64,000 nucleotides of DNA, from assembly GCA_021808545.1 (NCBI GenBank), contig JAKBBM010000001.1:21330-85329 (forward strand), in the 5' to 3' direction. This DNA comes from Pseudomonadota bacterium (lineage in GTDB: Bacteria > Pseudomonadota > Alphaproteobacteria > Acetobacterales > Acetobacteraceae). The notes beneath the pieces were generated by a model. It was not told the origin of the DNA, made no database searches, and saw nothing but the letters and a program-made list of their open reading frames with translations. Shown piece by piece: positions 23,378-31,037 of this stretch. Position numbers and translations under genes: made by a program. Each line of letters opens with the position of its first letter. Position 1 is the stretch's first letter.

Positions 23378-25066
23378 ATGAGCAGGCAAACGAAGCCGTG
23401 GATCAAGGCGGAACAGAAGCTTGGGTTCCGCGCGGCAAGGCTACCTGTGGCGCTGGGCGCTGTGCAGGTGGTGTTCGGGATTGTGCAGGCGGGGTGTGCT
23501 GCGCGGCTATTGGCCGCGGTGCTGCACCTGGCGCGCGGCGGCGGAACGGCGCTGCTCTACGGTGTTTTATTCGCTGCCGCGGCTCTGGCCCGCGCCTATA
23601 CGCAAATGCAGGCGGAGCGCCAGAATTTTGAGCTGGGGGCTGCGGCGCGGCGGCGGTTGCGCGGCAATGTGCTGAGCGTGCTGCTGGCGCTGGGGCCGGC
23701 TGGCTTGCGCGGGCGCCATTCGGCCGATCTCGCCGCCACGGCGGTGGACCGGGTGGAGGCGATGGATGGGTTTCATGCCCGCTGGATCCCGGCAACACAG
23801 ATGGCGCTGATTGGCCCGGCCCTGGTTGGGCTTGTGGCACTCTTGGTGGATTGGCGCAGCGGGCTGATCTTGCTGGTGGCGGGCATGTTCGTGCCGTTTG
23901 CCATGGCGGTGGCTGGCATTGGCGCGGGCGTTGCGGCCAAGCGGCAATTTGTCGCCATGACCCGGCTGCAAGTCCGCTTTCTGGACCGTATTCGTGGTAT
24001 TTCCACCATTGTTCTGGCGGGCCGTGCGGCCGATGAAGCGCGCGCCCTGGGTGCGGCCGCGAAGGAATTGCGCGAGCGCACCATGCGGGTGCTGCGCGTG
24101 GCGTTTTTGTCTTCCACCGCGCTCGATCTTGCCGCCGCCGCCGCCCTTATCTTCATTGTTTTGCGCTTTGTGCCGGTGATGCATGGCGCGCTGGGCCTAG
24201 CGCCGGTGGCGCTGTTCATGGTGTTGCTGGTGCCGGAATTCTTTGCCCCCTTGCGCGGATTTGCCGTCGTGTATGGCGATCGTATGGCGGTGGAGGCCGT
24301 GGCCGACGAATTCTCTGCCCTGCCGCCAGCGCCAGAGGATGTGCCACCGGCCGATATTCGCGCCGTGGCCGCGCATGGCGTGACACTGGCGTTCGAGAAT
24401 GTCGGTTTTGCCTGGGATGAGACACGCGCGCCCGTGCTGCGGGATCTGTCTTTTAAGGTCGGGCGCGGCGAGATCTTGCTGCTGACCGGCGCCTCGGGGG
24501 CGGGAAAATCCACCATCATGGACCTCATTTTGGGCTTCATCGCGCCGCAGGATGGGCGGGTGACGATTAACGGTGCCGCGTTGGAAACCTTGGTGCCGGC
24601 GGCGCGCACCCGTATGCTGGGCTGGATCGGTCAGAAACCGGTGATTTTCGCGGGCTCGATCGAGGAGAATATCCGTTTTGCCCGTCCCTCCGCCAGCGAG
24701 GAGGAGCTGTGGGATGCGGTGCGCCATGCGCACCTGGAAGAGCTGGTCAACACCCTGCCGCAAGGGTTGAAAACGCCGCTGGGTGAGGGTGGGTTTGGCT
24801 TGTCTGGCGGTCAGGCGCAGCGCGTCGCCATTGCCCGCGCCTTCCTGAAGGACGCGCCGCTATTGCTGCTCGATGAGCCGACCGCGCATCTCGACCCCGC
24901 GGTGGAGCGCGATGTGCTGGAAAGCCTGAAGCATCTGGCCGCCGGGCGTACCGTGGTGCTGGCCACCCATTCCACCATGGCCATGGATTTTGCCAAGAGT
25001 GCGGGGGCGCGGCGGGTGGATTTGGATGCGTTGCGTTATGCCAGCTGGCGGAGTGTACCGGTATGA
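23378..25066 (+). CDS. cydD: Thiol reductant ABC exporter subunit CydD
   Basis: RMRVLRVAFLSS-like TMRVLRVAFLSSTALD, PEFFAPLR, GASGAGKST, LSGGQAQRVAIARAFLKDAPLLLLDEPTAHLD. Confidence 0.9.
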   Translation: MSRQTKPWIKAEQKLGFRAARLPVALGAVQVVFGIVQAGCAARLLAAVLHLARGGGTALLYGVLFAAAALARAYTQMQAERQNFELGAAARRRLRGNVLSVLLALGPAGLRGRHSADLAATAVDRVEAMDGFHARWIPATQMALIGPALVGLVALLVDWRSGLILLVAGMFVPFAMAVAGIGAGVAAKRQFVAMTRLQVRFLDRIRGISTIVLAGRAADEARALGAAAKELRERTMRVLRVAFLSSTALDLAAAAALIFIVLRFVPVMHGALGLAPVALFMVLLVPEFFAPLRGFAVVYGDRMAVEAVADEFSALPPAPEDVPPADIRAVAAHGVTLAFENVGFAWDETRAPVLRDLSFKVGRGEILLLTGASGAGKSTIMDLILGFIAPQDGRVTINGAALETLVPAARTRMLGWIGQKPVIFAGSIEENIRFARPSASEEELWDAVRHAHLEELVNTLPQGLKTPLGEGGFGLSGGQAQRVAIARAFLKDAPLLLLDEPTAHLDPAVERDVLESLKHLAAGRTVVLATHSTMAMDFAKSAGARRVDLDALRYASWRSVPV

Positions 25067-26691
25067 ACCCGATGATCCGTATTGTCTCCTTGTGGCTGCG
25101 CGAGGCGGGCTGGTTGCTGCTGGCCCTGCTGCTTGCATTGTCCGCCCTGGTGGCCGGTGTGGCGCTGATGGGCCTGTCTGGCCATTATCTAGCGCTTTCG
25201 CTGCTTGGCATCGCCGCTGCCGTGCCGGCCCTGCTGCCCTTTACCGGCACGGCGCGGGTGGTGCTGCGCTATCTGGAACGGGTGATGTCACACGAGGCGA
25301 TTTTCCGCGCCCTGGCCGATTTGCGGGTCTGGCTGTTCCGGGGGCTGGCCGCCAGTGCCGCCGGGGGGCTTGGCTTCCGCCGCGCGGGCGATGCGCTGGC
25401 CCGGCTGGTGAATGATGTGGACGTGCTGGATGGCGTGTTCCTGCGCGTGTTCGTGCCGCTGCTGGGGGGCGTGTTGCTGTTGCCCATTCTGGCCTGGGTT
25501 CTGGCGCGTGAATCCCTCCCCGCCTTGCTGGTATTGCTGCCGTTCCTGGCCGTGGCGTTCATCCTGCCTTGGCGGGCGGCCCGTGCCGCCCGGGCCAACG
25601 CCGCGCGCGCCGGGCTTGCCATGGCCAGCCTGCGCTCGGCCTCGCTCGATGCGTTGCATGGGCTGCGCGAGGTCAAGATCTTCGCCGCCGAAGGGCGGAT
25701 GCTGGCCGAGGTGCAGGCGCGCGAGGCAGACCTGCTGGCCGCGCAGCGCGATCTGGTCTGGCGGGGCAGCGCGCTCAATGCCTGGGCGTTTATTCTGGCG
25801 CAGGGCGGCATATTGCTCGCCATCGGGTGCGGGTTTTTTGGCGCGCCGGTGGCCGCCATCGTTGCCGTGCTGGTGCTGGTGACATCGTTTGAGACCGTGC
25901 TGGGCCTGCCGCGCGCGGGGCTGCTTTATGGCCAGTCCGCCGCCGCCGCCCAGCGTGTTGTGCGCGCGGCCGAGGCCGGGCCGCCAGTGCCCGATCCAGC
26001 CAAGCCCGCCGCCATGCCGGCGCGTAATAATATTGTCTTCGAGCATGTGGCCTTCCGCTATGCCGAGGACCGGCCCTTTGTGTTTGAGAATCTCTCCCTG
26101 CAATTGCCCGAAGGCTCGCGCACGGCGATTCTTGGGCCGTCGGGGGCGGGTAAATCCACCATCGCGGCCTTGCTGCTCAAGCTCATCGCCCCGGTGCGCG
26201 GCCAGATTCGCCTGGGTGGGGTGGATATTTCCACTCTGCCGGCCGAGGCGTTGCGCCATCGCATCGCCTATCTGGGTCAGACCACGCATCTGTTCGCCGA
26301 TACGATCCGCAACAACCTGCTGCTGGGCGACCCGGCGGCGGATGAGGCACGGCTCTGGGCGGCGCTGGAGGCAGCCCAGGTGGCCGATGTGGTGCGTGCT
26401 CTGCCCGAGGGGCTGGATTCTTGGTTGGGCGAAGGCGGGGCGACATTGTCCGGCGGGCAGGGGCGGCGCTTGGCGCTGGCCCGCACGCTGCTGATGGATG
26501 CGCCGATCCTGCTGCTGGACGAGCCCTGCGCCGGGCTGGATGCGGCAACCGAGATGGAGTTCTTCCGCGTGCTGAACAGCGCCACGGAAGGGCGGACCGT
26601 GTTGCTGATTTTGCACCGGCTGACCGGGGTTGAGCAGCTCGACCGTATCTGGCGCTTAACCGGCGGCGCGCTGGTGGCGGCGGCGGGGTAA
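25063..26691 (+). CDS. cydC: Thiol reductant ABC exporter subunit CydC
   Basis: RVVLRYLERVMSHEAIFRALADLRVWLF, RLVNDVDVLD, GPSGAGKST, LSGGQGRRLALAR.LL; ATGA overlap with cydD. Confidence 0.9.
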   Translation: MNPMIRIVSLWLREAGWLLLALLLALSALVAGVALMGLSGHYLALSLLGIAAAVPALLPFTGTARVVLRYLERVMSHEAIFRALADLRVWLFRGLAASAAGGLGFRRAGDALARLVNDVDVLDGVFLRVFVPLLGGVLLLPILAWVLARESLPALLVLLPFLAVAFILPWRAARAARANAARAGLAMASLRSASLDALHGLREVKIFAAEGRMLAEVQAREADLLAAQRDLVWRGSALNAWAFILAQGGILLAIGCGFFGAPVAAIVAVLVLVTSFETVLGLPRAGLLYGQSAAAAQRVVRAAEAGPPVPDPAKPAAMPARNNIVFEHVAFRYAEDRPFVFENLSLQLPEGSRTAILGPSGAGKSTIAALLLKLIAPVRGQIRLGGVDISTLPAEALRHRIAYLGQTTHLFADTIRNNLLLGDPAADEARLWAALEAAQVADVVRALPEGLDSWLGEGGATLSGGQGRRLALARTLLMDAPILLLDEPCAGLDAATEMEFFRVLNSATEGRTVLLILHRLTGVEQLDRIWRLTGGALVAAAG

Positions 26692-26693
26692 GC

Positions 26694-27353
26694 TCAACGC
26701 ACGACGAACTGACCGAACATGCCTTTTTCGGCATGTTCGGGCGTGGGGCAGACATACCAGTACGTGCCCGGCGTGCTGGCGGTGAAGCTCTGGCCCAGGG
26801 CAGCGTAATGGGCGGCTTGCGCATTCTTTTCGCTGCGCCAGGGAAGTTCCGGCATGGGAGGGACCATGGGTGGGCCCAGATACATCATCGTCATATAGGG
26901 ATAAGGCGGCGGCACGGTCACGATTTCCACCGTGTGGTCCATTTTGTCGCCATAATCCATGTTGAGCAGGTTAAGTTGGATTATTGCGCCCTGGGGCACG
27001 ATGATGGTGGGGTTAACCAGCCCGTGCAGCTCGAATGTCTGGTCATCGAACCCGGGCTGCACGGCGACGAGATTAATGATGATATGATGGCCCGTGAAGG
27101 TGACGCTGTTTGCCTTGGTGTCCGCCGCCCCGTGCGCGTTGCCATAGGCGATATAGGCCAGCGCCGCGGTGTGGTTTAGAATCCGTCCGCCCCAGCCGGG
27201 GGTTACGGGCCGGTTTTGCGCGCCAGCCCCCATCATGCCGCCACCGCCCATCATGCCAGGGCCCATCCAGCCGCCCCGGGCTGGTTGTGCCGCGGCGGCC
27301 GGGCCCATGGCCAGAAAGGCGGACATGGCCATGAGCAACGCCTTTGTCGACAT
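26694..27353 (-). CDS. Rusticyanin-like type-1 blue copper protein (cupredoxin), secreted
   Basis: ATG at 27353 after GAAGGAG; signal peptide; AVQPGF..QTFELHGLVNPTIIVPQGA; ligand set DH...GTYWYVCPTPEHAEKGMFGQFVV. Confidence 0.85.
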   Translation of the reverse strand: MSTKALLMAMSAFLAMGPAAAAQPARGGWMGPGMMGGGGMMGAGAQNRPVTPGWGGRILNHTAALAYIAYGNAHGAADTKANSVTFTGHHIIINLVAVQPGFDDQTFELHGLVNPTIIVPQGAIIQLNLLNMDYGDKMDHTVEIVTVPPPYPYMTMMYLGPPMVPPMPELPWRSEKNAQAAHYAALGQSFTASTPGTYWYVCPTPEHAEKGMFGQFVVR

Positions 27354-27448
27354 GAAATCTCCTTCGTTTAAGCCGTGGCAAACCAAGCAAATATGGGGGA
27401 GGGTGGCATTGAGCGAGATCATGCCAATGCTCAGTGCTTTGTTTTTTT

Positions 27449-27476
27449 CTTGAAGCGGCAGAAGAAATTCCTATAA
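27449..27476 (+). promoter_or_regulatory. RpoH (sigma-32) promoter of small heat shock gene
   Basis: CTTGAA-N15-CCTATAA upstream of the Hsp20 gene matches the alphaproteobacterial RpoH consensus. Confidence 0.7.
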
Positions 27477-27482
27477 TACCCA

Positions 27483-27597
27483 GTGCCGGGTTGCCTCGAT
27501 GAGGGATCTGGCACCCGCTCATCCCGCCGGTACGGGGGATGGAGGGGCTTTATTAAGACTGTCAAAATACCTTGCTATATCAGGAGGTTATATCATG
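27483..27597 (+). promoter_or_regulatory. ROSE-type RNA thermometer in 5' UTR
   Basis: 3' hairpin CCTTGCT-ATATC-AGGAGG (27570-27587) pairs the U(U/C)GCU motif with the SD and leaves a bulged G; two upstream hairpins; precedes Hsp20. Confidence 0.75.
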
Positions 27598-28041
27598 AAT
27601 TACGATTTCGCGCCGCTGTTTCGCACCGCCATTGGGTTCGACCGTCTGGCTCGCCTGGTGGATACGCTGCCGCAGGAAGCGGCTGGTTATCCGCCCTATA
27701 ATATCGAGAAGACCGGCGAGGATGCGTATCGCGTCACCCTCGCGGTGGCGGGCTTCTCGGCCGATGATATCGAGCTGACGGTGAAGGATAACGCCTTGCT
27801 CGTCTCCGGCAAGACCGCAGATGATGAGAAGGGCGAGTTCCTGCATCGGGGCATTGCCGCGCGGGCCTTTTCGCGCCGGTTCGTGCTGGCCGACCATATG
27901 GTGGTGGAAGGGGCCGAGATGGTGAATGGCCTATTGCATGTGGCCATCCGCCGCGAGGTGCCGGATTCAGCCAAGCCGCGCCGCATCGCCATCAGCACGG
28001 CGGGCACAAGGGCCGTGCCCGAACTGCCGCAAGCGGCGTAA
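27595..28041 (+). CDS. ibpA: Small heat shock protein, Hsp20/IbpA family
   Basis: FAPLFRTAIGFDRL, GYPPYNIEK, LAVAGF, FLHRGIAARAFSRRFVLADH, NGLLH. Confidence 0.95.
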   Translation: MNYDFAPLFRTAIGFDRLARLVDTLPQEAAGYPPYNIEKTGEDAYRVTLAVAGFSADDIELTVKDNALLVSGKTADDEKGEFLHRGIAARAFSRRFVLADHMVVEGAEMVNGLLHVAIRREVPDSAKPRRIAISTAGTRAVPELPQAA

Positions 28042-28052
28042 TCGCCAAGCAG

Positions 28053-28079
28053 AAAGGGGAGCGTTAAGCTCCCCTTTTT
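28053..28079. terminator. Bidirectional Rho-independent terminator
   Basis: AAAGGGGAGC-GTTAA-GCTCCCCTTTTT between convergent ibpA and the GT39 gene. Confidence 0.85.
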
Positions 28080-29548
28080 CATGGGCGGGGTGGGGCTTGC
28101 AAATCCGTGCCGATCAGGGTCGGGATTACGAGCAGCAGCTTGTTGCCGGTGCTCACAGTCAGCGCTGGGCCGGGCCGCAAGGATTTGAAATAGGGCGTGT
28201 ATTTGGCGCGAATTTTGGAAATATCGCCAGGCATGGCGGTGAGCAGCACGGTCTTGCCAATGAACGCGACGGGCGGGGCGGTGATGCCAAATTCATGCGC
28301 GTTGCCGCCGAACACGGTGACCGGAATATGGTCGCCATCGCGCAGCAGCCCATAACCGATTTTGCCGGCATCAAACCAGCGCAGCGTGGCAATGGCCTGC
28401 ACGTGCGGCGGGATTTGGCGGGCAAGGCCCGTCCAGTCCACCGCCTGCAGCACGGGCGATTTGCCGGGTGGCGAGAGCCGGGCAAAGCGCCCAGCCAGGC
28501 CAGATGAGACCGTGACCGCCATGAACAAGGCGGCCAGGGCGAGCAAGGTGGCCGAGGCTGCCGCCACGAGGTTGCGCGGGCGCGGGGCGATGCGCGTGGC
28601 CCAATCCCCCAACAGCGGAAAAAGCATGAGATAGCCCGGCATCGCCCAATGGTAGAGAATACGGGTGGAGGACCACAGCCCGACCACGGAAAACAGGACG
28701 ACGGGAATGATGGCGCTTGTGCCCAGCAGCCAGCCGCGCCGTTCGGCAGGGCCGCCTGCCAGCGCGCCGGCCAGCAGCCAGACCATGGGTGCGAAGATCC
28801 AGGGCAGGAGGTAGAGCGCTTCGCCGCCCCAGATGCTCAGCGGCATCAAGGGGCGTAGATGCAGGCCCGCAGCACGGTCGCCCTGATAGGCGAACGAGAC
28901 CCAGTGATGCGCCGCGTTCCAGGCCAGAACGGGGGTAAACAGTACACAGGCCAGAAGCACCGCAAGCCACGGGCCAGGGCGGCGCAATTCCCGCCGGCCC
29001 ACCGGGTCGGCCAGCACGCCAAGGGCGGCACCCAGCAGCACCAGCCCGGCATTATATTTGGAGAGCAGCGCCAGCCCGCCAAACAGCCCCACCGCCAGCC
29101 ACCAGCGCGGGGCGGGTTTAGCCTCGGGCAGACCCAGCGCGCGGATGATGGCGTAAAGAAAGGCGAGCAGGGCGGTGTTCAGCGGCCCGTCGGGCAATAC
29201 CCAGCAGCCGAAAGCCAGTGAGAAGACGGGCGAGATGCTGTACGCCACCACCGCCCAGAACCCGGCTTTTTCGCCATAAAGCCGCTTGGTGATGAGATAG
29301 AGCAGCCAGGAGGATACGCCCGAGAGGACCACGAAAGGCAGGCGGACCATAATGGGTGCCGCCGTGCCGGTGAGGGCCCGCATGGCCAGCTCCAGCCACC
29401 AGGAGGCGAGCGGATGGTCGAAATAAGACGCGGCGAAATGGTTTGAGGCCGCGACCATGTAGCTTTCATCTATGCCAAGCCCGGTAAAGCCGGCGAGGAT
29501 AAGCCGCAGGGCGATGGCGGCGATGACAACCCAGGTTGCTGCGTTCAT
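28079..29548 (-). CDS. Glycosyltransferase family 39/83 (ArnT/PMT-like, GT-C)
   Basis: GLGIDESYM, SYFDHPPLASW-like YFDHPLASW, VRLPFV, LPDGPL, LLSKYNA, P..AWNAAHHWVSF.YQ. Start 29548. Confidence 0.85.
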   Translation of the reverse strand: MNAATWVVIAAIALRLILAGFTGLGIDESYMVAASNHFAASYFDHPLASWWLELAMRALTGTAAPIMVRLPFVVLSGVSSWLLYLITKRLYGEKAGFWAVVAYSISPVFSLAFGCWVLPDGPLNTALLAFLYAIIRALGLPEAKPAPRWWLAVGLFGGLALLSKYNAGLVLLGAALGVLADPVGRRELRRPGPWLAVLLACVLFTPVLAWNAAHHWVSFAYQGDRAAGLHLRPLMPLSIWGGEALYLLPWIFAPMVWLLAGALAGGPAERRGWLLGTSAIIPVVLFSVVGLWSSTRILYHWAMPGYLMLFPLLGDWATRIAPRPRNLVAAASATLLALAALFMAVTVSSGLAGRFARLSPPGKSPVLQAVDWTGLARQIPPHVQAIATLRWFDAGKIGYGLLRDGDHIPVTVFGGNAHEFGITAPPVAFIGKTVLLTAMPGDISKIRAKYTPYFKSLRPGPALTVSTGNKLLLVIPTLIGTDLQAPPRP

Positions 29549-29579
29549 GCCGTTGCAATGGCCCGGGGGCGCGTATTCA

Positions 29580-30287
29580 TCAAGAGCCTGAGAACCAGTT
29601 ATAGCCCTGATCCGCCCAATAACCGCCGGGATAAATATTGGTGACGGCCAGTTGCACAATGGATTTGGGGTTTTTGAAGCCGAGTTTGGTGGGAATACGC
29701 AGCCGCACCGGCGCGCCAAAGGGCGGGGTAAGCGGTGCGCCCAGAAAATCGAGGGCGAGGATGGTTTGCGGGTGCAGGGCGGAGGGCATGTCGATGGAGG
29801 TGTAATACCCATCGGCGCAGCGAAAGGAGACATAGCGGCAGCGCAGATCCGCGCCGATATGTTTTAAGAACAGCCCCAGCCGCACACCGCTCCATTGGCC
29901 GATAACCCGCCAGCCCTCGACGCAGATGAAGCGCGTGATCTGGCTTTTCTGCGGCAGGGCGCGCAATTGCGCGAGGCTCCAGGGGGTTTTGTCCTGGATC
30001 TGCCCGCCCAGCGCCAGCCTGTAGGTGGCTTCGTCCACCACCGGGGCTTGCGAGGCCGGGTAGAAAGCGTTGAAGCGCGGCGGGCGGGTGATCTGGTCTG
30101 GCCGGAAGGTGGGGGCAAGCGTGTTGGGGTCGAACAGGGCCGCCTGCACCCGGTCGTTCCAGGTGGACATGGCGTGCAGGAACCGGTCTGCCAGGTCGGG
30201 ATGCTCTGGATCGTCGAAATTGCAGCCGGCAAGGTCGGGCAGAAGCCCAAAGGCGGCGGCGCGCAGGAGCAGGGCGCGGCGGTTCAT
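29580..30287 (-). CDS. Molybdopterin-dependent oxidoreductase (sulfite oxidase/MsrP-like), Tat lipoprotein
   Basis: MNRRALL...LAGC leader; RFICVEGW Mo-Cys; ALHPQTILA, GAPVRLRIPTKLGFKNPK, GGYW.DQGY.WF. Confidence 0.9.
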   Translation of the reverse strand: MNRRALLLRAAAFGLLPDLAGCNFDDPEHPDLADRFLHAMSTWNDRVQAALFDPNTLAPTFRPDQITRPPRFNAFYPASQAPVVDEATYRLALGGQIQDKTPWSLAQLRALPQKSQITRFICVEGWRVIGQWSGVRLGLFLKHIGADLRCRYVSFRCADGYYTSIDMPSALHPQTILALDFLGAPLTPPFGAPVRLRIPTKLGFKNPKSIVQLAVTNIYPGGYWADQGYNWFSGS

Positions 30288-30880
30288 GGCAGGCGCCCGC
30301 CCGTGATCATGGGTGGCAATACTTTGGGCACCAATGCCACCAGGATGAGATGCACGGCGATGAACAGGGCAATTGCGCTCATCGCGAAAAAATGCACATA
30401 GCGCGCCACCACATAGCCGCCGAACAGATCGCAGAGCGGCCAGAGCTGCACCGGCTTCCAGATGGCGAGGCCCGAGAGCACGATGACCACCCCCGCCGCC
30501 AGAACGCCGAGATAAAGCAGCTTCTGCACCGCGTTATAGACCCCTTTTTCGTGACGCAGCCGCAAGGTGAGGGCGGCGATAAGGTCGCGCCCGACATCGC
30601 CCGGGCGGAGCGGCAGAAATTTGCGGTAATGGCCGCTGGTAAGGCTCCAGATCACATAAAGCAGGCCGTTGGCGACCAAAAACCACATCGCCGCCAGATG
30701 CCAGGCAATCGCCCCCCCCAGCCATTGGCCGATTGTGTAGGGAAAGACAAAGCCAAAGAGCGGCGAGGCATTATAAATCTGCCAGCCGCTGCCGATCATG
30801 ATGATGATGGCCACGGCGTTGAACCAATGCATCAGCCGCAAGGGCAAAGGGTGGATTGGTTTGGCCTGTTTGGGGGGCAT
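30284..30880 (-). CDS. Cytochrome b/b6-domain membrane partner of the Mo-oxidoreductase
   Basis: IHPLPLRLMHW, AWHLAAMW, YNAVQKLLY, ARYVHF, VHLILV; ATGA overlap. Confidence 0.88.
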   Translation of the reverse strand: MPPKQAKPIHPLPLRLMHWFNAVAIIIMIGSGWQIYNASPLFGFVFPYTIGQWLGGAIAWHLAAMWFLVANGLLYVIWSLTSGHYRKFLPLRPGDVGRDLIAALTLRLRHEKGVYNAVQKLLYLGVLAAGVVIVLSGLAIWKPVQLWPLCDLFGGYVVARYVHFFAMSAIALFIAVHLILVALVPKVLPPMITGGRLP

Positions 30881-31037
30881 GGCGTTCCTCGTGGGTGGGG
30901 TGCTTCCTTGTCGTTATAAGGCGGATGGCAAGACATGATTATCATGAGAGATCGTGCGGACGTGATGTTTTTCTTGCCCCCAGCCTGGCCATGCGGGTCG
31001 TTTCCCTTAGGCGCGGCTTTGGGTTAATCTTTTCCGC

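Noticed and set aside
25288-26616. 442-aa antisense ORF opposite cydC
   Set aside because: Shadow ORF with no recognisable domain.
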